Source of the DNA: Nemertoderma westbladi
Taxonomy: Eukaryota > Animalia > Xenacoelomorpha
DNA length: 64,000 nt
Reading direction: 5' to 3'
Assembly: GCA_032718475.1 (NCBI GenBank)
Contig: JAUCBJ010002579.1
Location: 1 to 64,000 of the forward strand
Position 1 is the stretch's first letter, and every line of letters starts with the position of its first letter. Under the pieces are notes generated by a model. It saw nothing but the letters and a program-made list of their open reading frames with translations, made no database searches and had not been told where the DNA came from. The position numbers and the translations under genes were made by a program. This document shows positions 23,559 to 36,300 of the stretch, one piece after another.

Positions 23559-23660
23559 TAGGGATCGACCGAATTATTCGGTTCGGTACCGAATTTTGCC
23601 GAATATGGCATATTCGGTTCCGGCCGAATTTTAAAATTTGAGTTGCCGAATATTCGGCAC
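23559..23660. mobile_element. Orphan hAT-like terminus
   Basis: Starts TAGGGATCGACCGAA with dense CCGAA/TTCGG subterminal repeats. No partner end was found. Confidence 0.5.
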
Positions 23661-24288
23661 AATTGCAAATAACTACAGTCAGACGGTAGACGCAACATCA
23701 GAACATAGCTGTAAGAAATTAAATATAATGAATCTGATGTATTACAGTATTAAGGTATAGCAATTAGCAGTACAGTACAGGATAAGACAGTGACAGTTTG
23801 CAACTGCTGAACTGTGGTTTGCCTTATTTTATAATATGTATAACATATGATTATGGATTAGGCCTAATGTTAGGCAAAGTAGGTTTTGAGTTCAAATCCC
23901 AGTCGCCGATATACTTTTTTGTAATTACATTTTTAGCACTCAATCGGTACAAAATTGCAATTATAACCATAAATTTGGTACGCCTATAACAGTATAAAAC
24001 AATACAGGTTTGCATTGATTAATTTTTTTCGACAAAAAAGTAAATTAAATTATTAAATTTAATTAAATTATTTCTGTCTTATAACCTCTATATACATATT
24101 ATGTACAGGTTATAAGACAGAAATAAGCGCTATAAAACTCTTAGGCCTAATAAAAAGATAAATTTAAATAAAAAATCTTCATATATAAAATTCCAATAAA
24201 AATTCGACCGAAACGTGAAATCCTGGTATTCTTCACTTCACATGCTGACATGGGCGGAAGTACTGAAGTAACTGTCAGCAGTCAGCAC

Positions 24289-27255
24289 CCTATATGGAAT
24301 ACTGACAAAAAGCGCGCCACACGCGTTCTGGTTAAACGAAAATCGCGCCAGCCATGATATCTAATGCGCGCCAAGCCAACAATTGACTATGAAATTTTGC
24401 AGTAATTGCTTAATTTTAATAATTTATCAGTTTATAATGCTGTAGCCCTACAGTATTTTAACATTAAAATGCGAGCGTAGCGAGCAAAGAAATTTTCCAA
24501 TTATGTTAAACATAAATACAGTCCGACAGTAATAGTCAGATAGTGCTGTAGTTATTGTAGTAGTAGTAGGTCAACGTCAACTGACTGTTTTTAAATGTAG
24601 ATGTGATCAAGACTGCAAGATGCGAGCGTAGCGAGCACGAAAATTTTAACATTTCAGCATTTAAAGTAGGCAAACCGACTGTTTTCAATTGCAGAAATGC
24701 AGATGTCATTAAATTGCGAGCGTAGCGAGCACGGAAATTCTGCTGAATCATGCAGGCTGTCATGGTTTTATTGGTTTGAAGAATCTGACAATTGAAAAAC
24801 TTTTGAAACAAGTCATGTTTTTAATGGTCATGCTCAATCTGTCTGTTTCCATTTGTCCACAGCCAGACAGTGCTAAGAGTAGGCTTACAGTATAAACGCG
24901 AGCGAAGCGAGCGGACATTTTTCAATCTTTTTAAACCTATGGAATAATTTCAAATAGAGCTGTAGAGTGGGATGTGTTGCTAGTGCACTGCTACGCAACC
25001 TCCTACTGCCCTATCCTGCTATCCTAACCCTACATCCATATTCGCGCCAGGACCGCCAGGATCCTCAATGCGCGCCACACGCCCTTGTCACTACGCGCTA
25101 GGATCCTTAATCCGCGCCACACACCCCTGTCAGTAGGGAACACATGCCCAAACAGGCAGTGCAGACTTTGCAAAATGCACTGCCATATTAGGCAGTTTTA
25201 GCCTAAATTTCTGATAAAATGTCAATTTTTATTAACTTCCTGCTCGAAGGGCCCCTTTTTTATTTCATGGGATGAAAATATAGTATGTATTGCAAGGTAA
25301 ATAGAAAATTTGGTAGACTTTCACAGTTGGGTTTTAGAGATATCAGACTTTTAAAATTTCTAGTCAAAAGCATGCACTGCCCAAAATAGCAGTGTTCTGC
25401 TTAATATAGCAGCATAGCATACTGTTTGAACTAGCAGTGCAATGCTTAAAATGGCAGTGCAAAATCAGAAAATGCATTCAGCATTACATACAATGTTTCA
25501 GCAATTCTGATGGAAACAATATATATATATATATAAATAAAAAATAACCAATATTCAACAGATTTTATAAATCAATTTTTCACAGTTTGAAACAGTTGGA
25601 AAAAGAAAGACCCGATCATTTTTCTCCTGAATTTGTAAATATTATATCTGTATATGGTATGTTGGTTTGTATTGCATTCTCTATATCCGTTACTATTGTC
25701 GAATGTATGACTTTGTATGTGTGTTAATCTACGTACTCCTATTGCCTATTGTAAACATAAATGCTCATCTCAGTTTTAGCTTAATTTATACTATCGCAAT
25801 ATTAGCTTGTTAATTTTAATTTTTAATTTGTAATATTTTTATATTGTAGATATTCAGTATTATGTTTGTTTTACTCTACATGTTTTACTATTAACGTTTA
25901 TTCTATCCAGCCACTCACAGCCAGCCTATTGTACTTGTACACAAAAACATTAGTATCAAATTTTGCTTTGAAAAAATATACTGTTGCAACATGTGTTTGT
26001 TAGAATATATTATCTTAATCTTTATTATTATTTTATATTTATGTTGGTTTTACTCATTGCTCACTCTATCTATATTTTACGTTTTCCATCTACTGTAAAA
26101 CCAACATAATACTGTATCAATTTACAATTAATTGATTTATATCAATTTTAGATTACTGGTCAGCCGGTAAGTCATACTGTATCAAATACTAGTTTATCTA
26201 AATATAGACTATTTTTTAGTATCTAAATTGGATTTAATTATTTCTTACTAATGATCTGCTGATGACTTCTTATACAGTAATTCAGTAATTTGTATTTTGT
26301 TAACAAATAATGCCTTATCAGTTAATCCTTAAACAGTGCCTTATAAGAAATTTCTCTCTACACCCATAAATTATTAAACAATAAATTTATCAAGGGGAGG
26401 TAAATTTCTGTACAGACCCCTTAAAGATATGACAGTTTTAAATATGATATATATTAGGCCTAATGACAGAATGATTTTATTACTAAATATTTACTAACAA
26501 TAATTATCAGTTACCATATCAATCAGTCAATAAACATAAATTTTATCATTAGCGAACTGTAACTTTTAATATTAACAAACTATAGGCCTATATTGTATAT
26601 ATTGCATATTGTTATAATGGCCACATATATATTAATATTTTATACAGTATAATAAATATATTAATAAATTACCTGTCAGTGACTGTGTAAATTGTTAACC
26701 AGTTAACTGAATAACTAACAAAAATAAAATATATAAATTGCTTTCAAAAGGATAGTCTTATATACTGTAGATAGATAGGCTGTTTAGCAGATACAGTACA
26801 GACAGAGATAGATAAACTCTGAAGGACTGAAGGATGCCTGGCATTGCCAGGCTCTCCAGCTCTCCCAGTCTCCTACAGTCAGGCAGAAGGAATTAATTCA
26901 ATACCATAACTGCCATTTTAGGCAGTGCATGTTTTTGGCTTGCAATTTTCAATGTCAAATATCTCCAAAACCCAACCATGAAACTCTTACTACATTTTGT
27001 ATTTACCTCCAATATATATCATATTTTCATCCAATGAAATAAAAATGGGGCCCTTCCAGCAGGAAGTTGATAAAAATTCACATTTTATCCGAAATTTAGG
27101 GTAAAACTGCCTAATATGGCAGTGCATTTTTCAAAAATGGCAGTGCGTCTGTGCTGCCAATTCGGGCATGTGTTCCCTACTGCCTGTCACAACGCGCCAG
27201 GATCCTTAATCCGCGCCACACATGTTGAGCAAACTCTACATAAATTCCAACCTGG
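24289..27255. mobile_element. ~0.9-kb non-autonomous DNA element, copy 1 (interrupted)
   Basis: Ends CCTATATGGAAT / ATTCCAACCTGG. Perfect 8-bp TSD GTCAGCAC (24281-24288, 27256-27263). Body is highly similar to 27672-31297. Confidence 0.85.
25131..27182. mobile_element. Long-TIR (foldback-like) element with 5-bp TSD
   Basis: Ends CAGTAGGGAACACATGCCC / GGGCATGTGTTCCCTACTG. Inverted similarity extends about 250 bp. TSD CCTGT (25126-25130, 27183-27187). The interior is AT-rich and non-coding. Confidence 0.85.
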
Positions 27256-28850
27256 GTCAGCACTGTCTGACTGTAGGTTTCTGGGCTTAGGCCTATACCT
27301 GTATCATGTGTATACCGGTAGCAGTACAGCAGTAGGCCTAAGGCAGTACAGCAGTAAGGTATTTAAATTAATATAGAAATTTAAAATATCATGGGTAGAT
27401 GGCAGGATGACCCAGCTACCCCTACTGCCCTACCCCTGCCCTATTTACCATTTCCTGATTTCCTCGAATATAGCTGTATAGGCCTAGTGCTCAAGCGCTG
27501 TAGTGTCTTTATTGCGTATTGCTGTATTGAGGAACATGATTTCTCCCCCCCCCCAAAAAAAAAATTTCTACAAATAACAAATATTAATGAGATTCCATGA
27601 AATTTGAAACAGACATCGTTTCACCTCCCTCCAGGTCAGCAGGTGCCAGGCTGCCAGGGCCAGGCTCCAGCCCTATATGGAATACTGACAAAAAGCGCGC
27701 CACACGCGTTCTGGTTAAACGAAAATCGCGCCAGCCATGATATCTAATGCGCGCCAAGCCAACAATTGACTATGAAAAATTTTGCAGTAATTCTGTAATT
27801 GCTTAATTGTAATAATTTATCAGTTTATAATGCTGTCAGGCTGTAGCCCTACAGTATTTTAACTTTAAAATGCGAGCGCAGGAGCGTAGCGAGCAAGGAA
27901 ATTTTCCAATTATGTTAACATATATCTGTATATACAGTCTGACAGTAATAGTCAGATAGTGCTGTAGTCTGGTAGTTGTAGTAGTAGTAGGTCAACGTCA
28001 ACTGACTGTTTTTAAATGCAGATGTGATCAAGATGCGAGCGTAGCGAGCACGAAAATTTTAACATTTCAGCATTTAAAGTAGGCAAACCTGGCTGTTTTC
28101 AAATGCAGAAGTCATTAAATTGCGAGCGTAGCGAGCATGGAAATTCTTCTGAATCATGCAGGCTGTCATGGTCTTATTGGTTTGAAGAATCTGACAATTG
28201 AAAAAACTTTTGAAACAAGTCATGTTTTTAATGGTCATGCTCAATCTGTCCGTTTCCATTTGTCCACAGCCAGACTGCCAGACAGTGCTAACTGCTAAGA
28301 GTAGGCTTACAGTATAAACTGATAAACGCGAGCGAAGCGAGCGGACATTTTTCAATCTTTTTAAACCTGTGGAATAATTTCAAATAGAGCTGTAGCAGTG
28401 TAGAGTGGGATGTGTTGCCAGTGCACTGCTACGCTACCTCCTACTGTCCAAACCTAACTGCCTAACCCTACATCCATATTCGCGCCAGGACCGCCAGGAT
28501 CCTCAATGCGCGCCACACGCCCCTGTCACTATCAGGGCTGGCAAAGTAGGTTTTTGTAAACCTAGGTTTTTGTAGGTTTTTGTCAAAAACCTAAAATTTG
28601 AAAAAAGCCTAAAACTAGGTTTTTAGGTTTTTGATTTTTCATCTTTAATTTGCCTTTTAATTTCATTTGTACACTCAAAACAACTGAACAAGTCAACTTG
28701 CATTGTCAGCTGATGAGTTCCAGTCCAGTCCAGTTCCCAGTTGTCTTGTCACTGCTGACTGCTGAGCTGACAAGCTGACTGATGCAAGTTAGCTGATGCA
28801 AGTTACCGTAGCAGTCAGATGGTCCGGTACCGGCTGACCGGGAGGTAGAA

Positions 28851-30413
28851 TAAAACGTCTGTCCTTATCTGATCTGATCTGACAGCATCTGATCCTACAA
28901 CCAATCAGGAGAAAGAGATATAATATTTACCTAATTGTCTGTTAGGTAAATAGCCAGTAGCTGAATAGGGGATCACGTTTCATGTTGCCCTGTCTGCCTG
29001 TTAAGTATCAGTATCAGTATCATCATATGAAGTAGCAGTACAGGCATACCGGTATGCATCTAAATGCACAAAGGCATGTAATTATATTTATATATTATAT
29101 TAAAAATGCGATATAGGATGAAGGTTTGTTACGCTAAAGGCAGAAAGGGAAGGCAGGGAGGGGTATCTCTAAGCCTACTGGGTAGGCCTAGTGTGTATAT
29201 GAAGAAACACTTAACATGCCCCATATTGCCAGCTGATACAGTGGTGTTTACAGTATGCCTAGACGATGAAGGAATATCTGAATACGGGAAGGTGGATGGG
29301 GATGTGGGAATTAATAAACGCTGTTGTTACCTTCCAATTGAAGGAAAAGAGCAGGTTACAGCGGCTGTAATTTCTAACCAAAACAATAAACGACAATTGT
29401 TACCTACCAATTGAGGGAAAGGAACAGGTTACAGAGACAGGGTTTTCTAACCAAAACAATAAACGATTTTGATACCTACCAATTGAGAGAAAGGAGAATG
29501 TTACCGCGGCTGACTTTTCTAACCAAAACAATAAACAACCAGCGGGCACCTTCCCACATTCCCATCCACCCACACACCCATGTGGCAATAATATGCTGAT
29601 AAATAATTAGCATAAACATAATTAGTTTTAAGTACTATCAGACTATTATGTAGTAGTAAGGTATTCTGGTATTCTTCACATGGGCTAAGACAGTAAGAAT
29701 ACCAGACTTTGCCGTTATATTTCACTTTGCAGTTACCCCCATGTGAAGAATACCAGGTTTTCACCAAAAACACAGGTTACAGAAGGGCTGAATATAACCA
29801 AAACAATAAACGAATTAGTATATGTCTGTATGTACAGATGTACAGGTTATAAGCCATAAATAAGCTCTCTATAATACACTTAATAAAGATCTGAAGATAA
29901 ACAAAAAAAATTAAAATCTGCATACCGGTACCGTATATAAAATTCCAATAAAAGACGACCGAAAAGGTAAATCCTGGGCCGGCATCAAAATTTGGCTCCA
30001 GCCGCTAAAAACAAGTTTAAAATTTCTAGCTTATTTTATTTGAATTCCTTTTAGTTCGTTTCAGTTAGTATCGTTGTTTCAGAGGGGGAGGTGTTATATT
30101 GACCCCCCCCCCCCCCGTGTTTAAGGGGAATACCGGGGAAACTTCACATGCTGACATGGGCAGAAACTCCAGTACTCATTTAGCTATCATTTAAGGATGC
30201 AAGGCAGAGATTCCTCGTTAAAAACCCTTAAAAACATTCGTGCCGAAACGAAAACTACCTTGGCCCCCATGCCGGGATTGAACCCACAACCTCCACGAGA
30301 CGTGAATTCAATATAACCACTACACCAAGGTGGACTCTGAACCAAGGCTGCAAGGTGGAACAAGTGTCAGATACCGTCAGATCAGATCAGATCAGATAAG
30401 GACAGACGTTTTA
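28851..30413. repeat. Inverted-repeat-bounded segment nested in the hAT element
   Basis: TAAAACGTCTGTCCTTATCTGATCTGATCTGA and its reverse complement ending at 30413. The interior shares blocks with 23030-24260. Confidence 0.6.
30164..30330 (-). mobile_element. tRNA-derived SINE, copy 2 (more decayed)
   Basis: Aligns by eye with 10112-10284 (CTCCAGTACTCATTTA..GGATGCAAGGCAGAGAT..CATTCGTGCCGAAACGAA..GAACCCAC.ACCTCCA). Confidence 0.72.
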
Positions 30414-32095
30414 GCCATCCTAGTATAACTGTAACATAACTGTACACGTACAGCAGTACAGTGCAGCAGTCAGCAGTGGTCCAGGCAGCCAGGTGGCTGG
30501 GTCAGCGTCAGTGGGTGGTCTCTGCAGCTCTGGCTCTGCACTCTGGTCAACTGCCTGGTGGTCACAGGCAGTCCACAGTCAGGGAGTCTGGTGGTTATCG
30601 GGTTATGGTTTACGTTATGCTTTTATGGTCCAGTATGGGACTGTGGGATGGGGTGGCATTCTGCATTCGCTGAATCGCGTGCCTGCATTCTGCATGCATT
30701 GATTGATGCTAATGATACTAATAGACTACGGAACTAATACACTATGCACTAATAGTGTAATAAATAGTTGCACCTACCAGCCTACTGTCTGAATTTAAGA
30801 CTGTAGTCTGTACTGCTGTAAGCCTACTTTCAGACATTGTACAGGTTTATATAAATGTAACTAATATGACAATGAAACCTGATGGACTCATTCTTTCAAA
30901 CAATTTTGTATCATAGTGCTGTAGTGTATCTATAAAATATAATCTTGACCAGTTGACCAAATGTCGCCCCATATAATTTATCTAATCATTTACCAACCAG
31001 GTCAATCTAATCAATCAATACCGGTATACAAATACAGAAATACTACAAAAACCTAGCGAAATACTACAAAAACCTAGCGAAAACCTTCAAAAACCTGCAA
31101 AAACCTTCCAAAAACCTACAAAAACCTTGCAAAAACCTAAAACCTAAAAATTTTTCTGAAAAACCTATGGTTTTTGCCAGCCCTGGTCACTATGCGCCAG
31201 GATCCTTAATCCGCGCCACACGCCCCTGTCACTACGCGCCAGGACCCTTAATCCGCGCCACACATGTTGAGCAAACTCTACATAAATTCCAACCTGGGCT
31301 CCAGCGGCCAGCCCTCCTCTGTCCTCCTTCTGTCCTTGGCCAGTTGGCTGCTCCTGCTTGGCCTTGCTGTGTGCTGGGTTAGCAGAGCCATAATTGTTAT
31401 TTTCACTTTAATTCTTTAGCCCGAGCCCGGACTGCCGGAGACACTTTTTTCAAACGATTGAACTGTTCAAGCTAAAGAATGACAGCGAAAATAAATTTCT
31501 GGCTCACCCAGCGGTAGGCCTACAGCCAGACTGCCCCTTACTGCAGTACTGCTGTACTGATCACCACAATTTTTTATACTGCATTAGGCCTACTTCAGTA
31601 CCGGTACTGCAGTACTGTGTATGTACTAAGGTACTACTGTACTATGTACTGATGTATATCTGTAAATACCTGATATACCAGTATACTGCTGTGCAGTACT
31701 GACCAGCTGACTGTGGACTGAATTGGAAGATTATTGGTACCAATTCTGCAATTTAAAAATCCCGCTCGGATTTACAGAGCAATGGGTTATTTCGATAATT
31801 ATGATGTTTAATTTTGAATTTCCGCCAAACAAAGGGATCTGATGTATCAGTCTGTTTTCCCGCCTCGTTTCGTTCTAACATTATTGATAAATCAAGGTAG
31901 GTGTTTCAAGATGTTACCGGTCGGCCTTAAAACTGGGTTTTCCGCTTTTTCAGTTTCAGTTTTATTTATTTATTTCACTAATATCTATACAGTACATACA
32001 CTATACATAACATAAAATTACAATCAAAATTTACGTATTTACAAACAGTTATATTACCTGGAAATAAGTGCCGGAGCATTAAAATATATATGTAA

Positions 32096-32520
32096 GGGGC
32101 CGTCCAAGTATGACGTCTGCACTTTTCCCCAAAATGTTGACCCCCTCCCTCCACTAAATCAGATGTCATCAGATAGGCGTTGACCCCCCCTCCCCCCCTA
32201 AATCAGATTAAAAAAAAAAATTTGTAATAAACTATTATATTACCACAGTACCGCAGTACCCCAGTAGCACGCGTCCGAATCACTGAAACATGGTGACTGG
32301 TAACTGAAACAGAAGGTCGTGCTACGGGCCTTCGGGGGCTTCGAACAATTAAAATAGGCAAGCTATTTACTCTTCTGCTATATCTCTTCTAGCACCTATA
32401 AATGAACATGCTGACGTCAGATTTTGGCTGACCCCCTCCCCTCCCCTCATCAGCACTTCATCAGATTTTCCCAACCCCCCTCCCCCCCCTAAAGTGCTGA
32501 CGTCATACTTGGACGGCCCC
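32096..32520. mobile_element. PIF/Harbinger-type MITE
   Basis: TAA|GGGGCCGTCCAAGTATGACGTC ... GACGTCATACTTGGACGGCCCC|TAA: 22-bp perfect TIR and 3-bp TAA TSD. Confidence 0.88.
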
Positions 32521-33320
32521 TAATGTGAAATTCAAATTTACTGTAACTACAGTAGGTAATCAACTGAGTTTGTTTTTGTATTATTTATATAGTGAAAAGG
32601 GCAATACAGCAAAATAGCAAAGCTAGTACGTGGCTGTGTGCCGTTTAGTAGATTATTGACGAACTTAATACAGTACATGTGTTTATTAGAATTACTACCG
32701 TATACGTTATATATAATTAAATTTAAAGCACCGCGTATAAATATATGAATACATAAAAGTGACGATTCAGCTTATGTACGTAGGCACGACGTTTGAAAGA
32801 AAAAGTATACACAATGAGACAAGTTAGAAATAAAGTAAACCCAAATTGAAAGAGGATAATGGAATAGACATCACTAATATGCCGATAACGATACCGCAAT
32901 GAACACTGACCAAAGCATCAGGCATAGATATGACCCCAGTGGCGCAGCCATAGGGGGGGACGGGGGGGACACGTCCCTCCCACTTTTCAGTTAGGGGGGG
33001 ACTCCATATCATATGTCCCCGGCACTTTTTACACTTTGTATATACAATTTAAAATTCAAATAATCCTAACAAACTCTGATCGGGTATTACAGTATAACTA
33101 TTAACTCCTAAGTACATTTCTATCCTTCCCAACCTTATCGCATATTTCCATACACCATGAACTGTTTTTGCCCTCTGACAATATACAGTAAGTCTTATAA
33201 TACAAGGTGTATATTCATATCCCCACAATTTCGCTTATATTGTTTTCGTTAGAATAACTACTGTAAAACAAATTTATTGATAATTAAATATCAAGTATAT
33301 CAATTAAATCAATATCAATT

Positions 33321-36300
33321 AAATATAAAGATAGCATACAGAACTCTGTACTATCTAACGGAGAGAAGCTTAGATTCCTCATCAAGTGTTTGGAAGGACC
33401 TCCCAAGTTAATGGCGTTAAAGTTTATTGGACATCCAGATGGATTAAGACAAGTTTGGGATACATTAAACATCAGGTATGGTAACAAGGATAACATCGCT
33501 AAGTATTTGTATGCAAAATTAGTAGCCCCCAGAAACTTCCTTAGTAGCAGGATTATAGAGTTTTCCGATGAGATTCAGGAGATCTGTAGACAATTGGACT
33601 GGTTAGGTAAGTCTCATGAATATCAGAGTTCCATGGTTATTGGAGCCGTAGTCTCTACTTTACCAAAGGGTGGAGTATGTACACGTTGGGACAAGAAAGT
33701 GTTGTATATGAATGAGCAGCAACGACGAAGCCCTACCATGGCTGATCTCATGTCCTTCTTAGATGGTGAAGTAAAACTACAACTCATCAAGCAGTCCAGA
33801 GAGAAAACATCGGAAAATAAGGTAAGTGAGAAACCCATTTCTAGGAGAAGAGTAACACCAGTGTGTTACACTGACGACGGCGAAAGCCAAGCTTCTCAAG
33901 AAGAGGACAGCAGAAAAGACACTGACAAATTTTACTACGTTAACAAAACCTCAAAAGACGTAAGTAAATACAAGGCTCGAACCAACGATAGGAGAGAACA
34001 GGTTGCCAAGAACCCTCCTCAGTCTCCTAACAGAATGCACCGAAGAAAGCCCGAAGAAAGAACGAGAGTGCATCAAGTTACCCAAGGTAAAGTGAGTAAC
34101 ATCAAACCAAACTGTGCACTGTGCGACGGGCCCCACCGTTTGAGTGCGTGTGCTGAATTTCTAAAGAAATCCCTTGTAGACAGACGTGCAGTCATGTGGG
34201 ATAAGCGGTTATGCTATAATTGCCTCAGATCAGGACACCAACGGCGAACCTGTTACTCCGACGTAAAGTGTGCAAAGTGCGGTGCGAAACATCACATCTT
34301 GTTACACAGTGAATTCGAACGAGACAACTCGAGTCAGGTAAGTGAGCCCGAACTACATGTCCAATTCAGTGATGTAAATGACACTGATCAGGAGTCTGAG
34401 ATGGAAGGATTCTATACTGACAAATTCTCCAACCCCAACGAATCCTGTTACCTAATAAATACCGCAGTGTATCGAGCACTTACTTATGAAAAGGACACCG
34501 AAAATGAGTTCCCCCCAACTACCTTTGACAGACAACCATCTTGGAAAGCTCCAACTTCCAACGTAGGAATCAGAGAATTTCCTGTAGTGCAGGTAAGAGT
34601 TCACGGTCCTAACAAAAGTTACATAGTGAACGCCCTCCTTGACTCCGGCAGCACAGGAACATTCATCGATCAAGAACTAGCCGAAGATATCTTTGCTGGA
34701 CAACCCAAATTCCGGACTAAATTGAATATGTCAGGAATTATGCAGGTTTGGAAATCTACCCTAACGGCAGATTACTATGTAGGTGTGTTGTCCACCCCCC
34801 AGGATAAATTAGGAGCACAAGGTATAAGGTCGGTAAAAATGGTGGCTATAAAGAACTTCGCTACTACCCAAGCAGACCTTTATAATTGGGACGAGGATGA
34901 GAGCATCCAACATCTTAAGATACCTCGATTCCAGACAGATTATCCTGGAGTGCAAATACTCATCGGCCAGAACGCGCATGAGGCGCTCGAAACATTAGAG
35001 AAACGGCCTGCTCAACCACAGCCACTGCAAACCTATGCGGTAAGAACTAGGGTAGGTTGGTACTTTACTGGCCCTTCCCGCAGAACTCTCGAAGAGAGAA
35101 TGCCACAAGAACGAATATACCCAGTAAACGATTGGGAAGTGGAGAGCAGTGAGGTGGACGAACTAACTGAGGGAACACCATACTCCTCAGATAATGACGA
35201 CATCTACCAACTCTTCGATGAAGAGAACACAATCGACCTACTTACAGAAAATAAAACTTGGAAAAACCAGGTGAACCTATGTCAACTGATTCGCCCATCG
35301 GGACCCATTGTCTACAATGACGAACTAAATGATGAAATAGAGCGCTACAACGCTAGAACTCGGGACGAACTCGCCGTACAATTCTTTACTCAAGAATTGG
35401 TAGAGCCCAATTCATACGATAAGGCCCTATCGATAGAAGAAGAAAGAGCCAAGCAAATCCAGGAAACAACTACACGTTTTTTAAAAGATCAAGGTAGATA
35501 TGAAATCGGCCTACCATTTCGAAAACGAGAACCTAGATTTATAAATAACAGACCCTTGGCAGAGAAAAGAATCGCTCAATTACATCGACGCCTTACGGCT
35601 AATGCTTCAGCTAAAGAAATGTACCAAACTCAGTTGAAGAAATTTATTACAAAGGGATACGCGGAGCGAGTACCGGAAGGAACACCAGTGACTGAGAGAA
35701 CGTATTACTTAACACATCATTACGTTCCCAAACCCGGTAAACCCCACGAAGTACGAGTCGTATTCGATGGCTCCGCTCTATATATGGGCCAATCCCTCAA
35801 TTCCGAGTTGTTACCAGGACCCAACTTACTCCAATCTTTGTTGGGAATACTTTTAAGATTAAGACAATATTCCATCGCGTTCGCCTCCGATATAGAAGGA
35901 ATGTTCTTACAAGTCAAGGCGCTGGATAGAGATAGAGACAGCCTGAGATTTCTGTGGTGGCCTGAAGGAGACCTCAACCAGAAACCGGTAGAGTACTGGA
36001 TGACCATCCAGGCTTTTGGGATCATATCAAGCCCTTCCAACGCCTGCTCCGTGGTGCGGACCACTGCGAATGACAACCGAGACGCCTTCTCCAAAGAGGT
36101 GATATACAACATCAAACGTAATATATACATGGACGACAATTTAAAGTCCCTTCCATCAGTAGAAGAAGCCATAGATGTCGCGAAAGGAACGGTAGAGTGT
36201 TTGAAAAGAGGTGGATTTCGACTGACGAAATTCTCCAGCAACTCCCGTGAGTTTCTGGAAGCGATACCGGTAGAAGACCGAGGAACGAAAGACCTAGACT

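Larger units (their letters stand above)
28533..31185. mobile_element. hAT-type non-autonomous element
   Basis: TIR CAGGGCTGGCAAA / TTTGCCAGCCCTG. Perfect 8-bp TSD GTCACTAT (28525-28532, 31186-31193). AAAACCTA subterminal repeats. Confidence 0.88.
27672..31297. mobile_element. ~0.9-kb non-autonomous DNA element, copy 2 (interrupted)
   Basis: Same termini as copy 1. Perfect 8-bp TSD GCTCCAGC (27664-27671, 31298-31305). Confidence 0.85.
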
